64,000 nucleotides of DNA from a virus. Lineage: Duplodnaviria > Caudoviricetes. The notes under the pieces were generated by a model, which worked only from the letters and a program-made list of their open reading frames with translations, had not been told where the DNA came from and made no database searches. The stretch lies in IMG/VR virus record IMGVR_UViG_3300043395_004688. The stretch is one strand, 5' to 3'. Below, in pieces: positions 28,054 through 39,000 of the stretch. A program made the translations under genes and the position numbers. Within the stretch, counting starts at the first letter, position 1; every line of letters begins with the position of its first letter.

Positions 28054-29259
28054 ATGTCACAAGCTCTATTCGAAGCTAAAAATTGGTCTGCTACTAAGGA
28101 AGCCCTAGTAGAAGGTCTAAGTGGTCAGAGAAAGACCACAATGGAAGTATGTTTGGAAAACACCAAGAAGTACCTAACAGAAACAGCTACATCTGGCGCT
28201 ACAGCCGCTGGTAACGTTGCCGTTCTAAACAAGGTAATTCTTCCTGTTATCCGTCGTGTAATGCCAACAACTATTGCTAACGAGCTAGTTGGTGTTCAGC
28301 CAATGCAAGGCCCAGTTTCTCAGATTCATACTCTGCGTGTTCGTTACGCAGAAGCTGCAACTGAGCGTACAGGTGGTGCTGCTGGTGATGTTATTGGTGG
28401 TGCAGTAAGTGCAAACGATGAAGCACTAAGCCCATTCAAGATTGCTCAACAGTACTCTGGTGCTGCTGCTGGTACAGCCGCTGCAACAAGTGCTCTTGAA
28501 GGTGTTGCTGGTAAGAAGATGAACATCCAGATCCTGAAAGAAACTGTTGAAGCTAAGAGCCGTAAGCTAAGTGCTCGTTGGACATTTGAAGCTGCTCAAG
28601 ACGCTAACGCCATCCACGGTGTTGATGTTGAAGCAGAAATCATGGCCGCTCTAGCACAAGAAATTACTGCTGAAATTGACCAGGAAATCATTGCTAGCTT
28701 GACAGCTCTTGCTGGTGGTGCATTTGCCACATACGATCAGTCAGCTGTAAGTGGTCAGGCTTCTTTCGTTGGTGACCAACACGCTGCTCTAGCAGTTCTG
28801 ATCAACCGTGCTGCTAACGACATTGCTGCTCGTACACGTCGTGGTGCTGGTAACTACATTGTTGTTAGCCCAACAGCATTGACAATTCTACAAAGTGCTA
28901 CAACTTCTGCGTTCGCAAGAACAACAGAAGGTACTTTCGAAGCCCCAACAAACACCAAGTTCGTTGGTACATTGAACAGCTCTGTTCGTGTATATGTAAA
29001 CCACTATGCTGGTGATGATGCTCCAGTTCTAGTAGGTTACAAGGGTGCTAACGAAATGGATGCACCAGCATTCTACTGCCCATACATCCCATTGATGAGC
29101 AGTGGTGTTATCCTTGACCCAGCAACATTTGAGCCAACTGTCAGTTTCATGACACGCTATGGCTATGTTGAGCTTTCAAACAGCTCTTCATCTCTGGGTA
29201 ATGCTGCCGACTATGTAAACACAATTGCAATCGACAGCGGCGCACTAAGCTTCATCTAA
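28054..29259 (+). CDS. gp23: Major capsid protein (T4 gp23-like)
   Basis: LVGVQPMQGP, VEAKSRKLSARWTFEAAQD, AFYCPYIPL, FMTRYG; predicted gp21 cleavage after LTE43. Confidence 0.97.
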   Translation: MSQALFEAKNWSATKEALVEGLSGQRKTTMEVCLENTKKYLTETATSGATAAGNVAVLNKVILPVIRRVMPTTIANELVGVQPMQGPVSQIHTLRVRYAEAATERTGGAAGDVIGGAVSANDEALSPFKIAQQYSGAAAGTAAATSALEGVAGKKMNIQILKETVEAKSRKLSARWTFEAAQDANAIHGVDVEAEIMAALAQEITAEIDQEIIASLTALAGGAFATYDQSAVSGQASFVGDQHAALAVLINRAANDIAARTRRGAGNYIVVSPTALTILQSATTSAFARTTEGTFEAPTNTKFVGTLNSSVRVYVNHYAGDDAPVLVGYKGANEMDAPAFYCPYIPLMSSGVILDPATFEPTVSFMTRYGYVELSNSSSSLGNAADYVNTIAIDSGALSFI

Positions 29260-29286
29260 TCACTGATTGGATTAAGTTTAAAATGG

Positions 29287-29315
29287 AAAAGGGCTCTTTG
29301 GAGCCCTTTTCTTTT
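29287..29315 (+). terminator. Intrinsic terminator after major capsid gene
   Basis: AAAAGGGCTC-TTTG-GAGCCCTTTTCTTTT. Confidence 0.88.
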
Positions 29316-29331
29316 GGCTAAGTAGAAGTCT

Positions 29332-29562
29332 ATGTTTACTAGCATGCCAGTTAGATTAGAAAGGGCAGGACATTGCCAGCGATGTGAGTATTACCGCCGA
29401 TCAACAAAACAATGCAGTATGTGCGGATGTTTGGTAAATCTCAAAGTAACAATTGCTAAGTCTGTTTGCCCTGTTGGAAAATGGGGAGCAGTTGATGCAG
29501 GCAACGATTTTGCAGCCGAAGTTTCCAACGCTATTAAATCTTTTTTGAATTTAAAAAAGTGA
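29332..29562 (+). CDS. Small Cys-rich protein (DUF6171-like)
   Basis: CQRC...CSMCGCLVNLK...CPVGKW; TAAGTA at 29319-29324. Confidence 0.65.
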   Translation: MFTSMPVRLERAGHCQRCEYYRRSTKQCSMCGCLVNLKVTIAKSVCPVGKWGAVDAGNDFAAEVSNAIKSFLNLKK

Positions 29563-29597
29563 TCCTTTACTAAATAATGGTAAGGAGATTCGAATCC

Positions 29598-30044
29598 ATG
29601 CCAAAATTTGATGATTATGACGATAGTGGTGCTTTTAATGCACTTAGTCCAAAAGCACAAGTAAACATTGATGCTCGTGTAGCTGCTGGTGGTTGGTCAA
29701 GCGCCGATGAAGCAGCAAAAACCAAAGCCGTTGCAGATGCTGCTGCCCAAGTAGCTGTTCAGGGTGCAACAAATACATTGGAAACAGATGACAAATTTGG
29801 CAAGTTTATCAATAGCAAATGGCGCCCAATGATGGCCTTTATCTATATGATTACTTGTGCAACTGACTTTGTGATTTTCCCAGTGCTTTGGAGCGTGTTA
29901 CAAGCCCTTCAAGGCGGCCAAGTAACTAGCCAATGGAGCCCGCTGACATTGCAAGGTGCAGGATTGTATCACATTGCCATGGGTGCTGTACTAGGTTTGG
30001 CAGCATATGGCCGTAGCCAAGAGAAGATTGCCGGGAAAAGTTAA
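29598..30044 (+). CDS. Holin-like membrane protein (GTA 3TM-holin-like)
   Basis: KWRPMMAFIYMITCATDFVIFPVLW...YHIAMGAVLGLAAYGRSQEK; SD TAAGGAG favours ATG 29598 over 29577; TAAATA at 29571. Confidence 0.6.
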   Translation: MPKFDDYDDSGAFNALSPKAQVNIDARVAAGGWSSADEAAKTKAVADAAAQVAVQGATNTLETDDKFGKFINSKWRPMMAFIYMITCATDFVIFPVLWSVLQALQGGQVTSQWSPLTLQGAGLYHIAMGAVLGLAAYGRSQEKIAGKS

Positions 30045-31189
30045 TGTCAATTAAGACCAATCACTCGCAGGAGGCGCTGGAGCCAGATTCTGGTGTCCTT
30101 AAAATTTTAGGCACAGGTGCCTTAAAGCTTCCTGCAGGTGACGATACTGAACGACCAGCTTTAAGTGTTGCTGGATATCTGCGGTTTGCCAGTAGTATTA
30201 CTAAACCTGAATACTATGACGGATCTGCTTGGCAAACATTAACAAACAAAGATTATGTTGATACTGTTACTTCAAATCTCAGTAGTTCAATTGGCACAAC
30301 AATTACAAATCTTACACTTAACGATTTGTCTGATGTTAATACCATTGGTGTATCAGACGGTCAAGTTATATCTTATGACTCTAACATTGGCGGATTTAGA
30401 TCTCAGACACAGGCGCTGACTGTAATCAATCGATATTTTGTTGGCGATGGTACTTCGTTAAATTTTGACATTATTACTACTGTTCCAACGATGAACAATT
30501 TAGTAGTCAGCATTGATGGTATACAACAAGAACCAACATATAGTTTTACACTGGTTAGTGGTCACATTGTTAGTTTTGATGAAGCACCAGAAGCTGGTGC
30601 AAGAATATTAATCAAAGTTTTAAAGAGTACCACTTCAACCGATCGTGCTAGACCCACAGTCACAGATGTAAGTTACGGTACAATTGCTCAGTATAACACA
30701 ATTACAATTGTAGCAACTGACATTACCTACGGTACTGGTGCCAAGATTGGCAACAAGGCAGTTACAAGGATTGATTATCCTTCTCCAAACATCATGCAAC
30801 TCATGATTGAAACTGCTACAGTATCTGGGTCATTTTGGAATACACCGCAGGATTTAACATTAATTGATACCAGTGGCAACGAATTTGTATTCCATGAGCT
30901 GATTCACTATGGGGTTTCTGTACCTCATTGGACAGATAGCAATTCCTATATTGGAACTTTTTCTGGTGGAGATGCTATTAATTTTAGTCTTGAAGTAAAT
31001 AATGCTGCAAGTATTACTATTTCTCCTGCAAATGCCGGAGAAGCAAACATTGGATGGTTATCCATTAGCGGATCAAATTTAGTTGGAACTGCCCCAAACA
31101 ATAGCAGTCCAAGTAGATATGAAATTGCTATAACAGCCAGCAACGGAAGCGTTGATATAACGAAAAACTTCTGGTTGTTGGTTATTTAA
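30044..31189 (+). CDS. Virion structural/fibre-associated protein with Ig-like C-terminus
   Basis: GDGTSLNF...VSIDGIQQEPTYSFTL domain (also at the end of the next gene); C-terminal WLSISGSNLVGTAP resembles a putative Ig domain. Confidence 0.6.
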   Translation: MSIKTNHSQEALEPDSGVLKILGTGALKLPAGDDTERPALSVAGYLRFASSITKPEYYDGSAWQTLTNKDYVDTVTSNLSSSIGTTITNLTLNDLSDVNTIGVSDGQVISYDSNIGGFRSQTQALTVINRYFVGDGTSLNFDIITTVPTMNNLVVSIDGIQQEPTYSFTLVSGHIVSFDEAPEAGARILIKVLKSTTSTDRARPTVTDVSYGTIAQYNTITIVATDITYGTGAKIGNKAVTRIDYPSPNIMQLMIETATVSGSFWNTPQDLTLIDTSGNEFVFHELIHYGVSVPHWTDSNSYIGTFSGGDAINFSLEVNNAASITISPANAGEANIGWLSISGSNLVGTAPNNSSPSRYEIAITASNGSVDITKNFWLLVI

Positions 31190-31266
31190 TTTTTTCCTAT
31201 TGGCCACGACTCCATATTCAACGGTCGACGAGTTTCAGAGAAACTCATTAAAAAGGAAAAACAAAA

Positions 31267-34200
31267 ATGCCTTTAATTAAAGCTAGATCAAGTTCTATTC
31301 AAGAAAGTGTTGATCTTCGTGGTACGCCAACAGCCCCAACCGCTGCTGACGCTACTAACACAACGCAGGTTGCTTCTACGGCCTTCGTTAAAAGTAACAT
31401 TGCTAACCTGATTGACTCAGCACCAGCAGCTCTTGATACACTTAACGAGTTGGCCGCAGCTATCAGTGATGATGCAAGTTTTGCTTCTACAGTAACTAAC
31501 GCATTAGCAGGAAAACTAGCATTAGCCGGTGGTACAATGACTGGTACGCTAGTATTGTCAGGTGCACCTAGTAACAATTTAGATGCTGCAACCAAAGGTT
31601 ATGTTGATCAAGAAATTGCAAGTATTACCATCAACGATACTGATGGTCTCAGCGAAGGTGTAACTAATCTATACTTCACTGATGCTCGTGCTAGAAGTGC
31701 AATCAGCTTGTCTGGTAACAACTCATCTGTACTAGACTATGATTCTACAACTGGTCAGTTTAGTTTTGCTTGGCCAACTACCGATGGTATTCTTGAAGGT
31801 ACATCAAACTTATTCTATACTAACACTCGTGTTCGTAATGCTGTAAGTTTAACAACTGATGATTCTTCTTTGCTTTCATACAGCAGCACCACTGGTGAGT
31901 TTACTTGGAATACACCAGATACAGATAAAGTAACAGAAGGCGCAACAAACCTTTATCACACAGTAGCTCGTGCCAGAGGTGCGCTAAGTGCTGGTGCCAA
32001 CATCAACTATAACAGCTCAACAGGTGTAATCAGCACCGACGCCGCAGTTCATAGTGTAAATGGTGCAACTGGCGTTGTAGTTCTTGATACAGATGATATC
32101 ACCGAAGGTACTACAAATCTTTATCATACTGCTGCTCGTGCAAGAAGTTCTATCAGCTTAACTACCAGCGATAACACAGTATTAGCATATAACTCGGGCA
32201 CTGGTGTGTTAACATTCACAAAGCCAGACACTGATGGTATCAGCGAAGGTTCAACAAATCTGTACTTTACAGATGCTCGCGCTCGTAGTGCTGTTTCAGT
32301 GACTGGTGACCTAACATACAATTCTACAACTGGTGTGATTGGATTTGCTTTATCAAATCACGACACAGATGATTTGTCTGAAGGTTCAACAAATCTGTAC
32401 TATACTGACAGTCGTGCCCGTAATGCTGTAAGCTTAACCACAGACGATGCCAATATCCTTGCTTATGATAACAGCACTGGTGTGTTTACTTTTGCAACTC
32501 CAGATACAGATACCATTGGCGAAGGCTCAGTTAACCTTTACTACACAGACACTCGTGCTCGTAATGCAGTAAGTGCAACTGATGCTGGTGGCGATGGCTC
32601 ATTTAGCTACGACAGCACAACAGGTGCATTCACATACACTGGTCCAAGTGCTAGTGAGGCTCGCGCTCATTTTTCAGCAAGTGATGCAGGTGGTGATGGC
32701 TCATTCTCATATGATTCAGCCACAGGTACTTTCACATACACTGGTCCAAGTGCCAGCGAGGCTCGTGCTCACTTTTCAGCAAGTGATGCAGGTGGTGATG
32801 GTTCATTCAGCTACGATAGTGCAACTGGTGTATTCACATACACTGGTCCAAATGCCAGTGAAGCTCGCGCTCACTTCTCAGCCAGCGATGCAGGCGGTGA
32901 TGGCTCATTCAGCTACGACAGCGCAACTGGTGTATTCACATACACAGGTCCAAGTGCCAGCGAGGCTCGTGCTCACTTCAGTGCCGGTACAACTGGTACC
33001 GGTCACGGCGGCCTAAGCTATGACAACACAACTGGTGCATTTACTTTTGCTAAAGTAACAGCCGCAAATATTCGCGGTGAACTATCTGCAGGCAACGGTA
33101 TCAGTTATGACTCTGCAACTGGTGTAATTTCAGCCAATGCTTCGGCGTTAGATACAGATGATATTGCAGAAGGTTCATCAAATCTATACTTTACCGATGC
33201 TCGTGCTCGTGCAGCACTATCAGCTGGAACAGGTGTTAGCTACGACAATAGTACTGGCGTAATCAGTATTGGTCAATCTGTTGGCACAGCTGACAATGTT
33301 ACATTTGCTGATGTAACAGTTAGCGGTGATTTAACAGTTAATGGTACAGTAACAACTGTAAATTCAACAACAGTTGACATTGCTGATAAAAATCTAACCT
33401 TGGCAGTGGGTTCTGCAAATGCAGCCGCAGCCAATGGTGCTGGTATTACCGTTGCTGGCGCTAGCGCAACAATCACTTATGCTAGTGGCACAGACAGCTG
33501 GGATCTCAACAAGGATGTAAATGTTACAGGCGATGTAACAGCAACTACATTCAACGGAGACTTGGTAGGTGATGTAACTGGTACAGTAAGCGATATCAGC
33601 AACCATGACACAGATGATTTGTCTGAAGGTACAACAAACTTGTACTTCACAGACAGCCGTGCAAGAAATGCAGTAAGCGCCAATTTTGTCAGCGGTGATG
33701 GCAACTTCACTTATGACAGCGCAACCGGCGTGTTCAGTATGACAGGTCCAAGTGCAAGTGAAACTCGTGCTCACTTCTCAGCAAGTACTACAAGCGGTGA
33801 TGGTACACTGAGCTATGATAGTGCAACTGGTGCGTTCTCATTTGCTGGTCCTACAAACACTGAATATCGTGGAGCAGTGAGTGCCAATTTTGTAAGTGGC
33901 GATGGCAACTTTACATATGACAGCGCAACTGGCGTGTTCAGCATGACGGGTCCAAGTGCAAGTGAAACTCGTGCTCATTTTTCAGCAAGCACTACAAGCG
34001 GTGATGGTACACTGAGCTATGATAGTGCAACTGGTGCGTTCTCATTTGCTGGTCCAACTGACAGCGACTACCGAGGAGCAGTAAGTGCCTCGCACTCAAA
34101 TGCTGGAAATGCATATTCATTAGGTGACGACTTTACCTACGATAGTGCAACTGGTGTGTTCACTTATCAAAGTCCATTGATCAGTGAAATTCGCACAGTG

Positions 34201-35295
34201 GTTTCTGCAACAGATGCAGGTGGTGATGGATCATTTAGCTATGATAATCAGACCGGTGTATTCACATACACAGGTCCAAGTGCTAGCGATGCTCGTGCTC
34301 ACTTTTCAGCCACAGGCGACCTGACATACAACTCAGGTACAGGTGTGTTTGACTTTGCTTTGTCAAATCATGACACCGATGACCTAGCCGAAGGCGGAAG
34401 CAATTTGTACTTTACAAATGCTCGAGCTGCTGGTGCAGTAAGTTTAACCACAGATGACAACACAGTATTGGCCTATGATAGTACCACTGGTGTGTTCACA
34501 TTTAATCTTGGCAATGTAGACACTGACAAGGTTGCTGAAGGTTCAACAAATCTTTACCATACAGTGGCTCGTGCTAGAGGTGCGCTAAGTGCTGGTTCAA
34601 ACATCAACTACAATAGTTCGACTGGTGTTATCAGCACTGATGCCGCAGTTCACAGCGTCAACGGTGCAACCGGTGTAGTTACTTTAGATACAGATGATAT
34701 CAGTGAAGGTACTACAAACCTATACTTTACCGATGCTCGTGCAAGAAGTGCTATCAGCTTAACATCCGATGATGCTTCTATTCTTGCGTACAACGGTGGT
34801 ACTGGTGTACTTACATTTGTAACACCTGATACAGATGCAATCGACGAAGGTGCAACTAATCTGTACTACACAGATGGTCGTGCTGATGGTAGAATTGCTT
34901 TAGCAAGTATCAGAGACCTAGCCGATGTGGATGCAGATGATGCGCTACAGGACGGTTATACTCTAGTTTGGAGTGTGGCTCGTAACGAATTTGTTCCACA
35001 AAACGTTGCTGTTACAGCTACAACATTGAACTTTACTGGTGACGGTACAGAAACTAGCTTCAGCACAGGTGTTGAAGTATCAAGCATTGACAATACTCAA
35101 GTATTCGTTAACGGTTTGATTCAGGCACCAACATACTCTTACACATTGAGTACAGTTTCAAATGTAACAAGTATTGTGTTTGATACAGCACCAGAACTCA
35201 ACGATTACATTTTCGTTCGTGTAACATCAACAAGCAGCCTAACTGCTGGTGGTATTCTCAACGAAAGCAGTACCGTTGATGGTGGTTCATTCTAA
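31267..35295 (+). CDS. Long repeat-rich tail fibre/whisker protein
   Basis: 1342 aa; 13 copies of a DTDxxxEGxxNLY[FYH]T motif; many YDSxTGVFT units. Confidence 0.8.
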   Translation: MPLIKARSSSIQESVDLRGTPTAPTAADATNTTQVASTAFVKSNIANLIDSAPAALDTLNELAAAISDDASFASTVTNALAGKLALAGGTMTGTLVLSGAPSNNLDAATKGYVDQEIASITINDTDGLSEGVTNLYFTDARARSAISLSGNNSSVLDYDSTTGQFSFAWPTTDGILEGTSNLFYTNTRVRNAVSLTTDDSSLLSYSSTTGEFTWNTPDTDKVTEGATNLYHTVARARGALSAGANINYNSSTGVISTDAAVHSVNGATGVVVLDTDDITEGTTNLYHTAARARSSISLTTSDNTVLAYNSGTGVLTFTKPDTDGISEGSTNLYFTDARARSAVSVTGDLTYNSTTGVIGFALSNHDTDDLSEGSTNLYYTDSRARNAVSLTTDDANILAYDNSTGVFTFATPDTDTIGEGSVNLYYTDTRARNAVSATDAGGDGSFSYDSTTGAFTYTGPSASEARAHFSASDAGGDGSFSYDSATGTFTYTGPSASEARAHFSASDAGGDGSFSYDSATGVFTYTGPNASEARAHFSASDAGGDGSFSYDSATGVFTYTGPSASEARAHFSAGTTGTGHGGLSYDNTTGAFTFAKVTAANIRGELSAGNGISYDSATGVISANASALDTDDIAEGSSNLYFTDARARAALSAGTGVSYDNSTGVISIGQSVGTADNVTFADVTVSGDLTVNGTVTTVNSTTVDIADKNLTLAVGSANAAAANGAGITVAGASATITYASGTDSWDLNKDVNVTGDVTATTFNGDLVGDVTGTVSDISNHDTDDLSEGTTNLYFTDSRARNAVSANFVSGDGNFTYDSATGVFSMTGPSASETRAHFSASTTSGDGTLSYDSATGAFSFAGPTNTEYRGAVSANFVSGDGNFTYDSATGVFSMTGPSASETRAHFSASTTSGDGTLSYDSATGAFSFAGPTDSDYRGAVSASHSNAGNAYSLGDDFTYDSATGVFTYQSPLISEIRTVVSATDAGGDGSFSYDNQTGVFTYTGPSASDARAHFSATGDLTYNSGTGVFDFALSNHDTDDLAEGGSNLYFTNARAAGAVSLTTDDNTVLAYDSTTGVFTFNLGNVDTDKVAEGSTNLYHTVARARGALSAGSNINYNSSTGVISTDAAVHSVNGATGVVTLDTDDISEGTTNLYFTDARARSAISLTSDDASILAYNGGTGVLTFVTPDTDAIDEGATNLYYTDGRADGRIALASIRDLADVDADDALQDGYTLVWSVARNEFVPQNVAVTATTLNFTGDGTETSFSTGVEVSSIDNTQVFVNGLIQAPTYSYTLSTVSNVTSIVFDTAPELNDYIFVRVTSTSSLTAGGILNESSTVDGGSF
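32572..32979 (+). repeat. Four tandem 102-bp (34-aa) repeats
   Basis: Units at 32572, 32674, 32776, 32878: SASDAGGDGSFSYDSATGxFTYTGPSASEARAHF. Confidence 0.92.
33673..34080 (+). repeat. Two tandem 204-bp (68-aa) repeats
   Basis: Units at 33673 and 33877: VSANFVSGDGNFTYDSATGVFSMTGPSASETRAHFSASTTSGDGTLSYDSATGAFSFAGPT. Confidence 0.9.
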
Positions 35296-35336
35296 GATGT
35301 TAAGTTAAATTAACAGTTTAGAACTATAGTGAACAG

Positions 35337-35365
35337 AAAGGGTGTAGCCTAGCTACACCCTTTTT
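35337..35365 (+). terminator. Intrinsic terminator followed by late promoter TAAATA (35369-35374)
   Basis: AGGGTGTAGC-CTA-GCTACACCCT-TTTT. Confidence 0.85.
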
Positions 35366-35408
35366 CACTAAATAGCTTACTGCTAAGAAGCAATAGGATT
35401 CTTTCTAA

Positions 35409-35909
35409 ATGCCAATTTTCCGCGGAAAAAATATAGTCAGTGCGGTCACCGACTATAAAGATAGTGTGAGATGCGCGACTCGCACAAATGTAAGCTTATC
35501 AAGTACAATTACAACAATTGACGGCGTAACGCTGGCCAATTTAGACCGAGTTCTTCTTGCTGGTCAAACACTTTCAAGCCAAAATGGCATTTATTCTTGG
35601 TCTTCTGGGTCGTCAACACTTTCTAGGGCACACGATGCTGATTCTGCATTCGAGCTAACTCCAGGAACACGGGTTTATGTTGAAGAAGGAGATACTTATG
35701 CTAGGACAAATTGGACTTTAATAACGCAGGGCGTTATTACTCCGGGGGTTACTAGCATTGTTTTTGCTAAAGAAAGCCATATTGGAACAGCAAATCTCAG
35801 CGGTACATACGGTGCCAGCGACAAAACCTTGCAGATTGTGCTGGATGAAACCGGTCAAATAACTAACATCACCGAAATTGACATCAGCGTTGATGGCGGC
35901 AGTTATTAA
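35409..35909 (+). CDS. Fibre-associated structural protein
   Basis: YKDSVRCATRTNVSLS...IDGVTL...DRVLLAGQTLSSQNGIY fibre-head domain; ends DGGSY like the preceding fibre (DGGSF). Confidence 0.65.
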   Translation: MPIFRGKNIVSAVTDYKDSVRCATRTNVSLSSTITTIDGVTLANLDRVLLAGQTLSSQNGIYSWSSGSSTLSRAHDADSAFELTPGTRVYVEEGDTYARTNWTLITQGVITPGVTSIVFAKESHIGTANLSGTYGASDKTLQIVLDETGQITNITEIDISVDGGSY

Positions 35910-36012
35910 ATTATTCCCCATAAAATAATTTTTTTCCTTGGGTCAACTAAATAAGAGTTGAAAGAAGAATCTCAATGACTCTTTTTGACCTAATTAGGGA
36001 GTACATACTCAA

Positions 36013-39000
36013 ATGGCCAATACGATTATTTTAAAGCGTAGTGCTACGCCTGGCAAAGTTCCAACAACTGCCCAGCTAGCACTAGGCGAAATTGCTATCA
36101 ACACATACGATGGTTTGATCTACATCAAGAAAGACAACGGCACACCTAGCGTTGTTCAAATCGGTGGTGTAACCAGTGTTAATGGCGAAACTGGTGCAGT
36201 AACAATTACATCAGACGATGTAAGCGACAGCGGTCAAACAAACAAATGGGCCAGCGCCAGCGTTGTTAGAGGACATCTAAGCGCAGGTACAGGTATCAGC
36301 TACAACAGCGGTACTGGTGTAATCAGCACAGCACAAAACCTAAGCACAGCAGGTAGCCCAACATTTGCTGGCATGACCTTAACTGGCGGTATCAGCAGTA
36401 TTGCTGGTAGCATTATTCCAAGTACAGATGTTACATATGACTTGGGTAGTCCAACCAAGCAGTGGAAAGATATCTATGTTGGTCCAGGTTCTTTGTATGT
36501 TAATGGACAGAAAGTTCTTCAAGACGATTCTGGTACAATTACATTCACTGCTGACACAGACGAAAATATTCGTATCAAGACACTTGGTACAGGTGTTTTA
36601 CAACTAGGTTCAAGCACAACAACATTACAAGTTGACAGCACATTACAGATGACTAGCGGTAAGCGTATTACTGATAGTGCAGGCGTTGCTGTTCAATTTG
36701 GCGATTCCATTAACATGAACGGTGACAAGATTATTAGTCTTGGAGCACCTAGTGCAAGTACTGATGCAGCCACAAAAGGTTATGTTGATACAACAGTTGC
36801 CGCAATCAGCACAAGCAGTATTTCACAAGGTAACTCAAACGTTACAGTAACAGATACAGGTACTGGTACAGTAACAGTCAGCGTTGACGGTAGCACAGCT
36901 CTTACAGTTGATGCCAATGGTGTAACAGTTGCTGGCAACTTTACAGTTAGCGGAACACAAACAGTTGTTAACTCAAACACAATCAACTTAGCTGACAACA
37001 TCATCACCCTAAACAGTGACCATACCGGTGCTCCAAGTCAGAACGCTGGTATTTTAATTGAGCGTGGTGATGAAGCTGATACACAGCTTCGTTGGAACGA
37101 AGGCAGTGATATATGGCAGTTCACAAACGATGGTGCAACATACTATCCAATGGCAACAAGCACAGATGTGTTGGCAGAAGGTTCAACAAATCTTTACCAT
37201 ACAACAGCTCGTGCTAGAGGTGCGTTAAGTGCTACCACAGCGTCAGGTGTAAGCTATAACAGCACAACTGGCGTAATCAGTCTTGGCAGTATTCCAAATA
37301 GCAGCTTGTCAAATAACAGCATTACAATCAATGGTACATCAACTGCACTAGGTGGAACTCGTACACTAGGTACAGATGATGTTGCTGAAGGTAGTACAAA
37401 TTTATATTTCTCAAATGCTCGTGCTCGTGGTGCAGTTAGCTTTACAGCTGGTAGCGGTGCCTACAACAGTACAACTGGTGTATTCACAATCCCAACTAAC
37501 ACTAACCAACTAACAAACGGTGCAAGCTTTATTACTCTAAGCAGCCTAAGTGCTGGTACAGGTATCAGCTACAATAGCAGTACCGGTGCTATCAGCACAA
37601 GTGCTATTCCAAATGCTAGCTTGTCAAACAGCTCAATCACAGTTAACAGCGCCAGCACCAGCCTAGGTGGCAGCGTAACATTGTTTGCAGGTACAACTAC
37701 TCTGCAAACAAGTAGCGCCAACCAAGCACTAACTGGTATTAGCTCTGTAACATTGCCTGGTTCAACAAGTGGTAGCGTTCAGGTAATTCCAGCCGCAGCC
37801 GCTGGTACAGGTACAGTATTAACACTTCCAGCTACAACTGGTACTGTGGTTACAACTGGCGATAGCGGTACTGTTACAAATACCATGTTGGCAGGCAGCA
37901 TTGCCAATGCTAAGTTGGCAAACAGTTCTGTTACAGTTGGTACAACAGCTATTGCACTAGGCGCAAGCTCAACTACACTGGCTGGATTAACAAGTGTTAC
38001 TTCAACAGGCTTTACTGGTGCATTGACTGGTAACGCAAGCACAGCCAGTGCATGGGCAAATGCTCGTACAATTACCTTAGGTGGCGATCTAAGTGGTAGC
38101 GTAAGCATTGATGGTAGTGCTAACGTAACATTGACAGCCACAGTAGCCGCTAACAGCGTTGCACTTGGTACAGACACAACTGGTAATTACATGGTTGATT
38201 TAACAGCCGGTACTGGTATTAGTATTACACATACACCAGGCGAAGGTAGTACAGCTACAATTACCAACAGCGGTGTTACAAGTGTTAACGGCTCAACTGG
38301 TGCAATTACCAGCGTAGCAAAAACAACCGACACACTTTATGTTGGTACTACAGCAGTTGGTCTTGCTCGCGCAAGTGCTAACCAAGCATTAACTGGTATT
38401 AGTAGCGTTGCAATGCCTGGTTCAACAAGTGGTACATTAACACTACAACCAGCAGCCGCAGCCGGAACCACAACAATTACTCTACCAGCTACAACTGGTA
38501 CAGTTATTACTTCTGGTGACACTGGTACAGTTACTAACACTATGCTTGCTGGTAGTATTGCCAATGCCAAGTTGGCAAACTCAAGTGTTACAGTTGGTAC
38601 AACAGCAATCAGTTTAGGTTCTAGTTCTACAACACTAGCCGGTTTAGCAAGCACAACATTCAGTGGTAGTACTAGTGGTACAATTCAATTAATTCCAGCC
38701 GCAGTAGCAGGTACAGGCACAGTATTAACAATGCCAGCAACAACTGGTACAGTAGTTACAACAGGCGACACTGGTACAGTCACTAACACAATGTTAGCAG
38801 GTAGTATTGCTAACGCAAAACTAGCAAACAGCGCAATTACAATCAATGGTACATCCACAGCGTTGGGTGGTAGCATTAGCGTTGGTACAGTAACAAGCGT
38901 TGCTGCTGGCAGCTACTTGACTGGTGGTACAATTACTGGTACAGGTACACTAGCAGTTGATGCTACAAACTTGAACACAGCAAGCAAAGTTGTTGCTCGT

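Noticed and set aside
32572-34080. CRISPR-like array
   Set aside because: The repeats are in-frame coding units of 102 and 204 bp with no unique spacers and no cas genes.
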